From Candidatus Rokuibacteriota bacterium (GTDB lineage: Bacteria > Methylomirabilota > Methylomirabilia > Rokubacteriales > DASRDR01), in assembly GCA_044866005.1 (NCBI GenBank), contig JBIOTN010000140.1, positions 1 through 37,861 of the forward strand: a stretch of 37,861 bases of DNA, read 5' to 3'. Below, one piece after another: positions 1 through 9,940 of the stretch. Both the position numbers and the translations under genes were made by a program. The notes beneath the pieces were generated by a model. It worked only from the letters and a program-made list of their open reading frames with translations. It searched no databases and was not told the origin of the DNA. Every line of letters starts with the position of its first letter. Positions within the stretch are counted from its first letter, which is position 1.

Positions 1-57
1 CCCCCACCGCGGGGGGAGGAGTGGGAGGGGGCCGCCGAGGCCCTCTCCGAGAGATTA
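1..57 (-). repeat. Dispersed palindromic (REP-like) element, family 1, copy A (truncated by window edge)
   Basis: Minus strand reads TAA-tctctcggagagggcctcggcggccccctcccactcctccccccg: stop codon, G/C hairpin, C-tract, as in the copies at 19811 and 28403. Confidence 0.55.
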
Positions 58-1371
58 CAACGGCTGCTTCGTGTAGTCCGCCTCGGGCGGGTACATCGAG
101 TCCTCGATGGCCGTCCGGTGGACGACCTTGAGCCGGCGGCCCTCCACCCGGGAGATGAACTGCTGGCCGAAGACCTGGTGGATCCGGCCGACGAACTTCT
201 TCGGCCCCTGCGGGTGCTCGATCCCTTCGTTGAACGCGGTGACGCCCTCGAGCGCCTCGATGAGCGCCTTGTAATCCTTCGGCGCCTTGTACCCGCTCCG
301 CTCGACGGCCTGCTTGATGACGAAGAGGGTCTCCCAGCAGCCGAACATGTGGGAGTAGGTGGAGACGTCCCTGGGGTCCTGGACGCTCGCGCCGGCCTCG
401 TTGACCCCGACGCGCTGGCGGTAGGTCCGCTCGTGCGGCGTGGGGTAGCCGTCCGCGTAGCGGGGGAAGGCTTCCCAGAAGTGGGTCCCCTCCAGGAACT
501 CGAGGCCGGGCGTGGCGATGTCCACGCCTTCCAGCGAGTCGATGTACCCGAAGAGCTGCGGCCGCTTCGTCCCGAAGTGCTCCCCCAGCTCCTTGACGAA
601 GGTCAGCACGGCCGGGCCCACCATCACGTGGTAGAGGACCTCGGTGTCGGCCGGGATCCGCGGGAAGTACTTGGTGAACGAGGTCTCGGCCGGCGGGATC
701 GCGATCGGCGCCAGGATCCGCGCGCCCAGGGCGGTGGCGGTCTTCCCGAAGTAGTCCCGGTGGTCGTAGCCGAAGGCGTAGTCGGGGAAGATCATGGTGA
801 TCTTCTTCCCGAGGTTCTTGACCACCCAGCCCGAGATCGCGGTCACCTGCGCCCGCACGTCGGTGATCCCCGGCTGGAAGACGTACCGGTTGAGCCGGCC
901 GGAGGCGACGTGGTAGCCCTCGCTCACGACGAAGTAGGGGATCCGGAGCTCCCCCGCGCGCGGCGCCGAGGCGATCACGACGTGCGAGAAGAGCGTGCCG
1001 AAGATGAAGTCGACCTTGTGCTGGACGGCGAGCTTCTCCACGACCTCCGCGCCGCGCTTCGGGTCGGTGCCGTCGTCCTCGGCCACGACCTGGACGGGAC
1101 GCCCGTCGATCCCGCCCATCTCGTTGATCAGCGAGACCGCGGCGGTGGTCGTCCGCTCGTACCAGCGGCCGTAGACGGCGCCGATCCCCGTCCGGTGGAC
1201 CTGGAAGCCGAGCCGGAGCGGCGCCTTCCCCGAGCCCGCCGCGCCGGTCTGGGCCGCGGCGCGGGCGCCGAGGGCGACCTCCAGGCCGCCGAACACCGCC
1301 GCGCCGGCCAGCCCCCCGGCCCCCTGCAGGACGCTCCGTCTGGAGAGCTTCGTCATCTCACCGGTCATCAT
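55..1371 (-). CDS. ABC transporter substrate-binding protein, branched-chain amino acid/amide (LivJ/UrtA-like) family, Tat-exported
   Basis: Twin-arginine SRRSVL plus AxA cleavage site; INxxGGIDGRPVQVVAEDD..DP signature; DYAFG motif; RBS GGAGG upstream; stop TAA. Confidence 0.85.
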   Translation of the reverse strand: MMTGEMTKLSRRSVLQGAGGLAGAAVFGGLEVALGARAAAQTGAAGSGKAPLRLGFQVHRTGIGAVYGRWYERTTTAAVSLINEMGGIDGRPVQVVAEDDGTDPKRGAEVVEKLAVQHKVDFIFGTLFSHVVIASAPRAGELRIPYFVVSEGYHVASGRLNRYVFQPGITDVRAQVTAISGWVVKNLGKKITMIFPDYAFGYDHRDYFGKTATALGARILAPIAIPPAETSFTKYFPRIPADTEVLYHVMVGPAVLTFVKELGEHFGTKRPQLFGYIDSLEGVDIATPGLEFLEGTHFWEAFPRYADGYPTPHERTYRQRVGVNEAGASVQDPRDVSTYSHMFGCWETLFVIKQAVERSGYKAPKDYKALIEALEGVTAFNEGIEHPQGPKKFVGRIHQVFGQQFISRVEGRRLKVVHRTAIEDSMYPPEADYTKQPL

Positions 1372-1431
1372 CTCCGACCTCCTTCAGAGGGATGGCCACC
1401 GGGGCGGTCCGCGATGCGCACGCACGACCGG

Positions 1432-1851
1432 TCAGGACCGACGCTCCAGGTCGAGCGCGGCCGAGTTGATGCAGTAGCGGAGCCCGGTCGGCGGCGGGCC
1501 GTCGTCGAAGACGTGGCCGAGGTGCCCCTCGCAGCGCGCGCACCGCACCTCGGTCCGCCGCATGGCGTGGCTGTCGTCGGGCGCGGTCGCGACCGCGTCC
1601 GGCGTCGCCGGGGCGGAGAAGCTCGGCCAGCCCGTCCCCGAGTCGAACTTGGTCTCCGAGCCGAAGAGCGCCTGGCCGCAGCCCGCGCAGCGATAGACGC
1701 CCGGCTCCTTGCTGGCATGGTACCGGCCGGTGAAGGCCGGCTCCGTCCCCCCGCGCCGCAGCACCCGGTACTGCTCCGGCGTGAGCGCGCGCCGCCACTC
1801 CGCGTCCGACTTCTCCACCCTGTCCGACCTGCTGTCCGACCCGCTGGTCAT
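1432..1851 (-). CDS. msrB: Peptide methionine-(R)-S-oxide reductase
   Basis: [16 protein letters not shown], two CxxC Zn motifs, [27 protein letters not shown]. Confidence 0.97.
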   Translation of the reverse strand: MTSGSDSRSDRVEKSDAEWRRALTPEQYRVLRRGGTEPAFTGRYHASKEPGVYRCAGCGQALFGSETKFDSGTGWPSFSAPATPDAVATAPDDSHAMRRTEVRCARCEGHLGHVFDDGPPPTGLRYCINSAALDLERRS

Positions 1852-1867
1852 GGAGACTCCCCCGCGC

Positions 1868-3229
1868 TCAGAACAGCGTCAGGTAGCGGTCGATCTCCCA
1901 GCGGGAGACCGTGTTGTGGTAGCGCACCCACTCCTGCCGCTTCACCTTCACGAACTCCTCGGCCAGCGCCGGGCCCAGGGCCCCCTGGATCACCGCGTCG
2001 TCCTGGAAGCAGTCGATGGCGTCGGCCAGGCTCTGCGGGATGACGCCGACGTTGCCCCGCTTCACCTCGTCGAGGGTCAGCCGGTACATGTTCTTCCCGG
2101 TGTTCGGCTCGCCGGGGTCGAGCTTCCGCCGGATCCCGTCGAGGCCGGCGGCGATGAACGCCGCGAGCCCGAGGTACGGGTTGACCGAGCCCGACACGAC
2201 CCGGCACTCGAACCGGCCCGGCTCGGGCACGCGGAACATCTGCGTCCGGTTGTTGTCGCCGTAGCTGATGAAGGCGGGGGTCCAGGTGAAGCCGGAGGCG
2301 ACGCCGGTCAGGAACTCGCCCACGGACAGCCGCTTGTAGTCGTTCACCGTGGGCGCCACCACCGCGGTCAGCGCCCGCGCGTGCTGGACCACGCCGCCCA
2401 GGAACTGGTAGGCGAGGCTCCCCAGGCCGAGCCCGCGCGCGTCCTTCGGGTCGAGGAAGAGATTCCGGCGCCTCGCGGTATCCCACAGCGAGATGTGGAA
2501 GTGGGAGCCGGAGCCCGTGAGGTGCCCGAACGGCTTCGGCATGTGGGTGGCGATCGCGCCGAAGCGCTTCGCCACCTGGCTCGTCATCATCTTGTAGAAG
2601 GTGAAGCGGTCCGCGGTCGTCAGGGCGTCCGCGTACTTCCAGTTGATCTCGAACTGGGCCGTCCCGTCCTCGTGGTCGGAGGCGTAGGGCTCCCAGCCGA
2701 GCGCGTCCAGGTAGCTCACCAGGGTTCTCAGATAACCCATCGACCCGGCGAGGCTCTTGAAGTCGTAGCAGGGCTTGTCCATGGTGTCGACGCCGTCCGG
2801 ATCGAACGGCACGATCGAGCCGTCCTCGCGGCGCCGGACCAGGAAGTGCTCGGCCTCCACCCCGACCATCATGACGTAGCCCTCGCGCGTGAGCTCCTCC
2901 GTCGCCCGGCGCAGGGCGGTGCGCGGGCAGTAAGGCCACGGCTGCCCGTCCACGGTGATGTCGCAGGCCAGGCGCGCGACCCCCGTCTCCCACGGCACCG
3001 GGGTGTAGGAGGCGAGGTCGGGGATCGCGATCATGTCGTGGTCGTGGGGCCCCTGCCCCATGCCCCACACCGCCGCGCCGGCGAACCCCGCCGACCCTTC
3101 CAGGAAGAGGTCGAGCGCCCGCGCGGGGACGCCCTTGCAGCGCGGCGTGCCGTGGATGTCGACGTACTGGGCGAGCAGGTAGTCGACGTTGTCCTTGCGG
3201 ATGCGGGCGCGGATCTCGTCCGCCGTCAT
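1868..3229 (-). CDS. gmaS: Gamma-glutamylmethylamide synthetase / GlnT-type glutamine synthetase family
   Basis: True start MTADEIRAR at 3229 with GGAGG RBS. GS motifs GVEAE, HED..QFEIN, HMPKP, GSGSHFH, NNRT..R; GlnT-type KPCYD; adjacent to mgs/mgd genes. Confidence 0.85.
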   Translation of the reverse strand: MTADEIRARIRKDNVDYLLAQYVDIHGTPRCKGVPARALDLFLEGSAGFAGAAVWGMGQGPHDHDMIAIPDLASYTPVPWETGVARLACDITVDGQPWPYCPRTALRRATEELTREGYVMMVGVEAEHFLVRRREDGSIVPFDPDGVDTMDKPCYDFKSLAGSMGYLRTLVSYLDALGWEPYASDHEDGTAQFEINWKYADALTTADRFTFYKMMTSQVAKRFGAIATHMPKPFGHLTGSGSHFHISLWDTARRRNLFLDPKDARGLGLGSLAYQFLGGVVQHARALTAVVAPTVNDYKRLSVGEFLTGVASGFTWTPAFISYGDNNRTQMFRVPEPGRFECRVVSGSVNPYLGLAAFIAAGLDGIRRKLDPGEPNTGKNMYRLTLDEVKRGNVGVIPQSLADAIDCFQDDAVIQGALGPALAEEFVKVKRQEWVRYHNTVSRWEIDRYLTLF

Positions 3230-3243
3230 GCCGGCCTCCTCTC

Positions 3244-4455
3244 TCAGTGCGAGACGGCCGCCGCCGCCTTCTCTCCGACCAGCCGGTCCTCGTAGAAGCG
3301 CGTGATGGAGAACGGCTGGATGAGGTCGGGCGTGCGGCCGGTCGCGATCAGCTCGGCCATCCGCCGGCCCGAGACCGGCCCGGCCTTGAAGCCGTACGTG
3401 CCCCAGCCCACGTCGAGGTAGAACCCCTCGAGCCCCGGCACCGCGCCCATGATCGGCGAGTAGTCGGGGGTCATGTCGCAGATGCCGGCCCACTGACGGA
3501 GCACCCGGACGTGCTTGAGGCACGGGAACAGCTCGAGCGTGTGGTGCGCCGTCGCCTCGAGGAACGGGAGCGTCGAGCGGTGGCTGTAGGAGCTGTAGGG
3601 ATCGATCTCCGAGCCGATCACGCACTCGCCCCGGTCCGTCTGGCTCACGTAGACGTGCAGGTTCGAGGAGACGATGACCTTGTCGAGGAACGCGGTGAGC
3701 GGCTCGGTGACGAAGGCCTGGAGGGGGTGCGTGGTGATGGGCAGCCGGAGGCCGACCATCTTGGCGACGGTCGAGCAGAACCCCGCGGTCGCGTTGAGGA
3801 CGGCGCCCGTCTTGATGTCGCCCCGCGTCGTGCGCACACCGGTGACCCGGCCGCCCGCGACGTCGATCCCCGTCGCCTCGGTGAAGGGGTGGACGTGGAC
3901 GCCGAAGCGGTCGGCGCCGCGCGCGTATCCCCACACCACGGCGTCGTGCCGGATGATCCCGCCCGGGGGATGGTAGAGGGCGGCGAGGACGGGATAGCGC
4001 GGCCGGTCGGAAAGGTCCATGGCCGGCACGAGCTCCCGGATCTCGTCGCGCCAGACGAGCCGGCTCGGGACGCCGCAGAGCTGGTTCACCTCGGCGCGGA
4101 CCCGGAGTCCGACGATCGCGCTGTCGGTGTGCGCGAGCGTGAGGTGCCCCTGCTGGGAGAAGAGCACGTTGTAGCCGAGCCGCGCGGAGAGCGCCTCGTA
4201 GAGCTTCACGGACTCGTCATAGAAGGCGACGCCCTCCGGCGTCCGGTAGTTCGAGCGGATGATCGCGGTGTTCCGCCCGCTCGCGCCGGCCCCGATGTAG
4301 GACTTCTCGAGCAGGGCGACGTCGCGCACGCCGCGCTCGCCGAGGTAGTACGCGGCGGCGAGCCCGTGGACGCCGCCGCCGATGATGACCACGTCGTAGC
4401 GGTCGCGGAGCGGCCGCGTGGTCCACATCCGCTCGGTGCGGAAGAGCTGGAACAT
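3244..4455 (-). CDS. soxB: Sarcosine oxidase beta-like / NMG dehydrogenase subunit (mgdA-like), FAD-binding
   Basis: DVVIIGGGVHG, SGRNTAIIRSNY, RHDAVVWGYA, GWGTYGFKA, C-terminal AAAVSH typical of SoxB. Confidence 0.92.
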   Translation of the reverse strand: MFQLFRTERMWTTRPLRDRYDVVIIGGGVHGLAAAYYLGERGVRDVALLEKSYIGAGASGRNTAIIRSNYRTPEGVAFYDESVKLYEALSARLGYNVLFSQQGHLTLAHTDSAIVGLRVRAEVNQLCGVPSRLVWRDEIRELVPAMDLSDRPRYPVLAALYHPPGGIIRHDAVVWGYARGADRFGVHVHPFTEATGIDVAGGRVTGVRTTRGDIKTGAVLNATAGFCSTVAKMVGLRLPITTHPLQAFVTEPLTAFLDKVIVSSNLHVYVSQTDRGECVIGSEIDPYSSYSHRSTLPFLEATAHHTLELFPCLKHVRVLRQWAGICDMTPDYSPIMGAVPGLEGFYLDVGWGTYGFKAGPVSGRRMAELIATGRTPDLIQPFSITRFYEDRLVGEKAAAAVSH

Positions 4456-4459
4456 GGCC

Positions 4460-5173
4460 TCAGGGGGAGTGGAGGAGCGCGCGGGCGGCGGCCCCGACCA
4501 GGACGAGGCCCAGATCCTGCCCCGCGTGGCAGAGCGCCTCCCAGACGAACGCCCCGTGCTCGCGCGCCACGAGGGCGCGGTAGGCGACCACCCGACCGCC
4601 GTCCAGCCGGATCAGCGTCGCGCGCGCGTGCGCCAGCTCGCCCTGGACGACCCCGAGCACCGGCAGCGCGTCGAGGTCGAGCGGCACGAGCTTCGCGAGC
4701 AGGCGCGGCGTGGCCGGACCGACGAGGTCCATCGCGGCGAGCCCGGCGGTGAGGTCGGTGACGTGACAGCACCCGAGGCCCGCCGCGACCTTCGCGACGA
4801 GGTCGGCCACGGCCGCGCCCTCGCCGGCGCTCGCGAGGATCAGGAGCTCGTCGGGCGCCATCCGGCACGCCAGGGCCGCGGCGCCGTTCAGCCGGGTCCA
4901 CGCCGCCGCGCCGGGCGCCAGACGCTCCAGCCCGGCGGCCTTGAGGAGGACCCCCTCCACGGCCGCCCCGCGCACGTGAAGCCGCGTGCCCGCGCTCGCG
5001 TCCGCGAGCCCCACGCCGGTGAGCGCGCGGCGCACCTCGTCCTCCACCGACGTGAAGCGGTCGGGGACGCGCCACTCCCCGTCGTCGGTGAGCGCCGCGC
5101 CGTGGGCCAGGTGGGCCCGGTGCATCGCGCTCAGGCGCACCGGCCGGAAGGCGAGAGACACGGAGGGCGTCAC
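4460..5173 (-). CDS. soxG: Sarcosine oxidase gamma-like / GcvT folate-binding domain protein (mgdD-like)
   Basis: GcvT-like GLADAS, RMAPDELLI, VTDLT..LVGP..LLAKL, VWEAL; GTGA overlap with the alpha gene. Confidence 0.75.
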   Translation of the reverse strand: MTPSVSLAFRPVRLSAMHRAHLAHGAALTDDGEWRVPDRFTSVEDEVRRALTGVGLADASAGTRLHVRGAAVEGVLLKAAGLERLAPGAAAWTRLNGAAALACRMAPDELLILASAGEGAAVADLVAKVAAGLGCCHVTDLTAGLAAMDLVGPATPRLLAKLVPLDLDALPVLGVVQGELAHARATLIRLDGGRVVAYRALVAREHGAFVWEALCHAGQDLGLVLVGAAARALLHSP

Positions 5174-8100
5174 ATCCGTAGCCGCGCGCCGTCCGGGTCG
5201 TAGAACGGCCGGGTCACGACGGTCGCGGTCCGGGTCCGGCCGTCCACGCGGACCTCGAAGGCCGCGCCGTCCCGCGCGAGGTCCGTGGGGAGCCAGGCCA
5301 TGCCGATCCCGCGGCCGAGCTCATAGCTCCACTTGGCGCTCGTCACGCGCCCGATCGGCCGGCCGGCCGCCACCACCGCGGCGCCTTCCTCGGGCAGCGG
5401 CCCCGGGCCCCGGACCTCGAAGCCGACGAGCCGCTGGCGGGGGCCGCGCGCCGCGACGGCGAGCGCGGCGTCCCGGCCGACCCAGTCCGGCTTGTCCAGC
5501 TTGACGATCCAGCCCAGGTCCGCCTCGAGCGGGGTCGTGAGCGCGTCGGTGTCGTGGGACACGACGACGTGCTGCTTCTCGAGACGGAGCACCCGTTGCG
5601 CCTCGACGCCGAAGGGCCGGACGCCCAGCGACGCGCCCGCCTCCAGCAGCGCGTCCCAGACGTACTCGCCGTAGTCCGCCGGGAAGTGGATCTCGTAGCC
5701 GAGCTCGCCGACGAACCCGATCCGCAGGAGGAGGCTGGGGACTCCGGCGACGCGCCCTTCCTTCGCCCCGAGGTAGGGGAACGCCTGCGGGGCCAGGTCG
5801 AGGTCGGCGATCGGCGCCAGGAGGTCGCGCGCCCGCGGCCCCGCGACGTTGATGGCGCCGAGCGCGCCGGTGACGTTAATCACGTGGCAGCACCGGTCCG
5901 TCCCGGCGAGCCACCAGTCGAACCACTGCTCGATCGCCTCGACGCCCCCGGTCGTCGTGGTCACCAGGAAGCGATCGTCGCCGAGCCGCGCGACCGTCCC
6001 GTCGTCGAGGACGATCCCCGCGTCATCGCAGAGGACCCGGTAGCGGACGCGGCCGGGCTTGAGGTCTGAGAACCGGTTCGGGTGGAGCCAGTCGAGGAAG
6101 GCGGGGGCGTCACGACCCCGGACCTCCAGCTTCCCGAGCGTGCTCACGTCGACGAGCGCCACGGCCTCGTGCACTGCCCGGCACTCCGCCTCCACCGAGC
6201 CGTAGTGGAGCGGCCGCTTCCACGCCCCCATGTCCATGAGCTCGGCGCCCGCAGCGACGTGCCGGTCGTGCATCGGCGTGAGCTTGGTCGGCTCCTCGTA
6301 GCGCGCCGCCAGCGCCCCGAGCGGCACCGGCACGGCCGGCGGCCGCGCGGTCGTCGTCCCCGTCTCCCCGACCGTGCGCCCCGTGAGCGCGGCGCAGAGG
6401 TCGATCGCCGGCCGGTGGCACATCTTCCCCTGGCACGGGCCCATCGTCACGGTCGTGTAGCGCTTGAGCGTCTCGATGTGATCGAAGCCCTCCGCGACCG
6501 CCTGGCGGAGGTCCTTCTCCGTCACGTCCTCGCAGAGGCAGACCAGCTTCTTGGCGCCGCCGCCCGGCGCGCTCGCCAGCCGGACCGACGCGCCGGGCGT
6601 GCCGCCGCGGCGCGCGGTGGCGATCGCGACGGCCTCCACGAGCTCCGCCGCCCGCGCCGCGCCCCGCCCGCCGGCGCCGGCGAGGGCCAGCGCCGCCCGC
6701 GCGCCGGCCAGCCGCCCCGACGCCATGATCGCGGCGAGCCCTTCGACGCCGGCGACCTCGCCCGCCGCGAAGAGCCCGGGGGGAAGCGCGGCGGGGACGA
6801 GACGTCCGCTCGCCGCGTCGGGGACGAGCCGCCCGCCGGCCTGACCGATCAGCCCCGCCGCGGGCTCGAACCCGGTCGCCACGCAGACGAGATCGCACGG
6901 GATCTCGCGCGCGCCCTCGCCATCGGCCGTGCCGCCGACGACGGCGCCCTGCACACGACCGCGCCCCGTGGCCCGCAGCACGGTCTGTCCCGCGAGGAGC
7001 GGGACCCCCGCCGCACGCAGCGCCGCCGCGGTCTCCGAATCCGGCCTCGCCGGGCGCGCATCGAGCACGCCGGTCACCGTGAGCCCGGCCTCGAGGAGGT
7101 CGCGCGCGACGTCGAGACCGCGGTCGTCCTGAGCCACGACGAGCGCGGCTGCCCCTGGACGCACGCCGTAGAGCGCCGCCAGGCGCTGGGCGCCCGAGCC
7201 GAGCATCACGCCGGGCCGGTCGTTCGCCTCGAAGACCAGCGGGTGCTCGAACCCGCCAGTGGCCACGACGGTCTGACGCGCCCGCAGCTTGAGGAACCGC
7301 CGGCCCTGGAGGACGCCGAGGAGCCCGTCCTCGTAGAGGCCGAACGCGGTCGCCGCGCTCAGCACGCGGATGCGCGGCTCGGCCGCGACCTCGGCCGCGA
7401 GGCGGGCCGCGACCTGCCAACCCGCCTGCCCGCGGACCTCGCCCTCGTCGAGCGGCCGCAGCCCGACCAGCAGGCGCCCCCCGAGCTGGGCCTCCGCCTC
7501 CACCAGGACGACCCGCGCTCCCGCCCCCGCGGCTTCGAGCGCCGCCGCCATCCCCGCGGCACCGCCGCCGACTACCGCGACGTCGGCGAAGAGGTACTCG
7601 CGCTCGTAGTCACCCGGCGGCTCGTCCGGGCAGTCGATCTCGCCGAGCCCCGCGAGGCGCTTCAGCACGTACTCGTAGGCGGGCCACAGCCGGCGCGGGT
7701 GGATGAACGTCTTGTAGTAGAAGCCCACGGGGAGCAGGCGGTGGAGCCGGTCGAAGACGGCGAAGACGTCCCGCTCGACGGACGGCCAGGCGTGCTGCGA
7801 GCGCACGCGCATCCCCTCGCGCACGGGCTCCGTGCAGGCGCGCACGTTGGGGACGCCGTCCACGTTGACGAGGCAGTTCGGGCAGCGACCGGCGCAGCAG
7901 AGGAGCCCGCGGGGGCGATGGTACTTGAAGCTGCGGCTGAAGATGCGGACGCCGGATGCGTAGAGGGCCGCGCCGATCGTATCGCCGGCGAAGCCGGCCA
8001 CCGGCCGGCCCGCGAACGTGAACGCCAGGCGCCGCGACCGGTCCGTCCGCTGCGCCGGGTGGGACGGCAGGCGGTCGGTGCCGGGATCGCGCGGCGTCAC
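5170..8100 (-). CDS. soxA: Sarcosine oxidase alpha-like / NMG dehydrogenase large subunit (mgdC-like), with Fe-S motifs and C-terminal GcvT domain
   Basis: GDTIGAAL, RSFKYHRPRG, GFYYKTF, GGGAAG, NDRPGVM, LKRYTT..MGPCQG, DVSTLGK, GELGYEI, PFYDPDG. Confidence 0.93.
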   Translation of the reverse strand: MTPRDPGTDRLPSHPAQRTDRSRRLAFTFAGRPVAGFAGDTIGAALYASGVRIFSRSFKYHRPRGLLCCAGRCPNCLVNVDGVPNVRACTEPVREGMRVRSQHAWPSVERDVFAVFDRLHRLLPVGFYYKTFIHPRRLWPAYEYVLKRLAGLGEIDCPDEPPGDYEREYLFADVAVVGGGAAGMAAALEAAGAGARVVLVEAEAQLGGRLLVGLRPLDEGEVRGQAGWQVAARLAAEVAAEPRIRVLSAATAFGLYEDGLLGVLQGRRFLKLRARQTVVATGGFEHPLVFEANDRPGVMLGSGAQRLAALYGVRPGAAALVVAQDDRGLDVARDLLEAGLTVTGVLDARPARPDSETAAALRAAGVPLLAGQTVLRATGRGRVQGAVVGGTADGEGAREIPCDLVCVATGFEPAAGLIGQAGGRLVPDAASGRLVPAALPPGLFAAGEVAGVEGLAAIMASGRLAGARAALALAGAGGRGAARAAELVEAVAIATARRGGTPGASVRLASAPGGGAKKLVCLCEDVTEKDLRQAVAEGFDHIETLKRYTTVTMGPCQGKMCHRPAIDLCAALTGRTVGETGTTTARPPAVPVPLGALAARYEEPTKLTPMHDRHVAAGAELMDMGAWKRPLHYGSVEAECRAVHEAVALVDVSTLGKLEVRGRDAPAFLDWLHPNRFSDLKPGRVRYRVLCDDAGIVLDDGTVARLGDDRFLVTTTTGGVEAIEQWFDWWLAGTDRCCHVINVTGALGAINVAGPRARDLLAPIADLDLAPQAFPYLGAKEGRVAGVPSLLLRIGFVGELGYEIHFPADYGEYVWDALLEAGASLGVRPFGVEAQRVLRLEKQHVVVSHDTDALTTPLEADLGWIVKLDKPDWVGRDAALAVAARGPRQRLVGFEVRGPGPLPEEGAAVVAAGRPIGRVTSAKWSYELGRGIGMAWLPTDLARDGAAFEVRVDGRTRTATVVTRPFYDPDGARLRM

Positions 8101-8396
8101 GGCTCCGCGCCCTCGGGCTGCGGCCCCTCCTGCGGCACCGCCGGCGCCGGCGGCCAGAAGGTGCGCGCCACCACGTTCGTCCGGGTGTCACGCACGGCGA
8201 GGAACCAGCGCTGACAGCCCATCCGGTGGTACCACCACTCCTGCTGCGGCCCGGCCTCGTTGTCCCGCAGGTAAAGGTAAGCGGCCCAGGTCTCGGGCGG
8301 CGACCCGGGCGCCGGCCGGCGGCTTTCGGCGCCGCCCCAGCGGAACTCGTAGACGTCGCGCGGCCCGCAGAGCGGGCACGGGAGGAGGAAGGACAT
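8097..8396 (-). CDS. soxD: Sarcosine oxidase delta-like subunit (mgdB-like)
   Basis: C-terminal part of ORF 8097..9776: MSFLLPCPLCGPR..EF..W..YLY.RDN..EWWYH..GC..W...RDT.TN (Zn-binding SoxD). ATG overlaps the mgsC stop (TGATG). Confidence 0.9.
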   Translation of the reverse strand: MSFLLPCPLCGPRDVYEFRWGGAESRRPAPGSPPETWAAYLYLRDNEAGPQQEWWYHRMGCQRWFLAVRDTRTNVVARTFWPPAPAVPQEGPQPEGAEP

Positions 8397-9940
8397 CAGC
8401 GCTTCCGCCGTCGCGCCCGGCCCGGCCCGCGCGCCGGCTCCCCCGCGGCGCGCGGGGAGGCTCTCCGCGTCCGCTCCCGCCCGGGCCCGGGCGATCCCCT
8501 CCCCTCCCTCTCCCGCCCACGGAGCGGCGACGCCCTCCCTTCCCTCTCCCGCCCAGGCAGAGGTGACGCCCCCCGCTCCCTCTCCCGCCCAGGCAGAGGG
8601 CCGGGGTGAGGGTCGGCGCCCCGCCCCGGCACCCAGCGGGTGCCGACGAGGGGGAGCCCCGTGATCGCCGCGGCCTCGATCGTCAGCGCCCGGAGGTCCT
8701 CCGGCTCGAGGTCGTGCACGTCGGCCTTGCCGCAGGCGCGCGCGAGCATCTGGACCTCCAGCGTCATGGCGTGGAGGAAGTTCGCCACGCGCTCGGCGGC
8801 CTCCGCGATCGGCAACCGCGCCATCAGCTCCGGGTCCTGCGTGGTGACGCCGACCGGGCAGCGGCCGGTGTGGCAGTGGTGACAGTGATACGGCTCGGTG
8901 CCGAGCGCGCGGTAGTCCTCGACGTAGAGGGGCTTGTTGCAGTTGAGCGCGATCAGCGCGGCGGTGCCGACGTAGACGGCGTCCGCGCCGAGGGCGAGCG
9001 CCTTCGCGGCGTCGACCCCCGAGCGGATGCCGCCCGCGATGACGAGCTGGACCCGGCCGTAGAGGCCGAGGTCCTGGAGCGCGGCGCGCGCCTCGCAGAC
9101 CGCCGCGAGCGTCGGGATGCCCGTGTGGTCCTGCAGGATCTCCGGGGAGGCGGCCGTCCCGCCTTCCATGCCGTCCACCACCACCACGTCCGCCCCGGCC
9201 TTCGCCGCCAGCTTCACGTCGTCGTAGACGCGGGTCGCGCCGAGCTTCACGAAGACGGGGAGCTGCCAGTCGGTGGCCTCGCGCAACTCCTCGATCTTGA
9301 CGATCATGTCGTCGGGCCCGAGCCAGTCCGGGTGTCGCGCGGGGCTCCGCTGGTCCACGCCGGGCGGCAGCTCGCGCGCGGCGGCGATCTCGGGCGAGAC
9401 CTTCGCCCCGAGGAGGACGCCGCCGGTCCCGGGCTTGGCCCCCTGCCCGACCGTGAGCTCGACGGCGTCCGCGGCGCGCAGGTGGTGGATGTCGAGCCCG
9501 TACCGGCTCGGCAACACCTCGTAGATCAAGATCCGCGAGTGCTCGCGCTCCGCCGGCAGCATGCCGCCGTCGCCCGTCGTGGTCGAGCTGCCCACCCGCC
9601 GCGCGCCCTGGGCCAGCGCGACCTTCGCGTTGTAGGAGAGCGCGCCCCAGCTCATGCCCGTGATCATGATCGGGATCTCGAGCTCGATGGGGCGCTTGGC
9701 GTGACGCGTCCCGAGCCGCGTGCGCGTGCTGCACCGCTCGCGATAGCCCTCCAGCGGGATGCGCGTCAGCGAGCACGGCAAGAACGTGAGGTCGTCGAAC
9801 GACGGCAGGGGCCGCGGCCGGATCGTGCCGAAGCCCCGGAAGCGGTACCGCCCCAGCTCGGCCTTGACCTGGATGTCCTCGACGACCTGGGGGGTGAAGA
9901 TCTGGCTCGTGCGGAGCGGGCTCAGAACGCCGCCTTCCAT
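8396..9940 (-). CDS. mgsC: FMN-binding glutamate-synthase-like protein, NMG synthase subunit C
   Basis: IPLEGYRE, GMSWGALS, TTGDGG, GQGAKPGTGG, DQRSP.RHPD, CHHCHTGRCPVG Fe-S motif. Start uncertain (ATG 9940 or CTG 9925). Repeat-derived C-terminal tail. Confidence 0.88.
   Translation of the reverse strand: MEGGVLSPLRTSQIFTPQVVEDIQVKAELGRYRFRGFGTIRPRPLPSFDDLTFLPCSLTRIPLEGYRERCSTRTRLGTRHAKRPIELEIPIMITGMSWGALSYNAKVALAQGARRVGSSTTTGDGGMLPAEREHSRILIYEVLPSRYGLDIHHLRAADAVELTVGQGAKPGTGGVLLGAKVSPEIAAARELPPGVDQRSPARHPDWLGPDDMIVKIEELREATDWQLPVFVKLGATRVYDDVKLAAKAGADVVVVDGMEGGTAASPEILQDHTGIPTLAAVCEARAALQDLGLYGRVQLVIAGGIRSGVDAAKALALGADAVYVGTAALIALNCNKPLYVEDYRALGTEPYHCHHCHTGRCPVGVTTQDPELMARLPIAEAAERVANFLHAMTLEVQMLARACGKADVHDLEPEDLRALTIEAAAITGLPLVGTRWVPGRGADPHPGPLPGRERERGASPLPGREREGRASPLRGREREGRGSPGPGRERTRRASPRAAGEPARGPGRARRRKR
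8505..8612. repeat. Three tandem 36-bp repeats (core TCCCTCTCCCGCCCA.G) within the 3' end of mgsC
   Basis: Units start at 8505, 8541 and 8577 and encode PL(P/R)GRERE three times; the third unit ends GGCAGAGGGCCGGGGTGAGGG. Confidence 0.85.

Noticed and set aside
1868..3934. 688-aa extended glutamine synthetase
   Set aside because: The N-terminal extension overlaps soxB out of frame; the real start with RBS is at 3229
8505..8612. 36-bp periodic repeats as a CRISPR array
   Set aside because: Contiguous degenerate tandem units without unique spacers, in frame within a gene, and no cas genes
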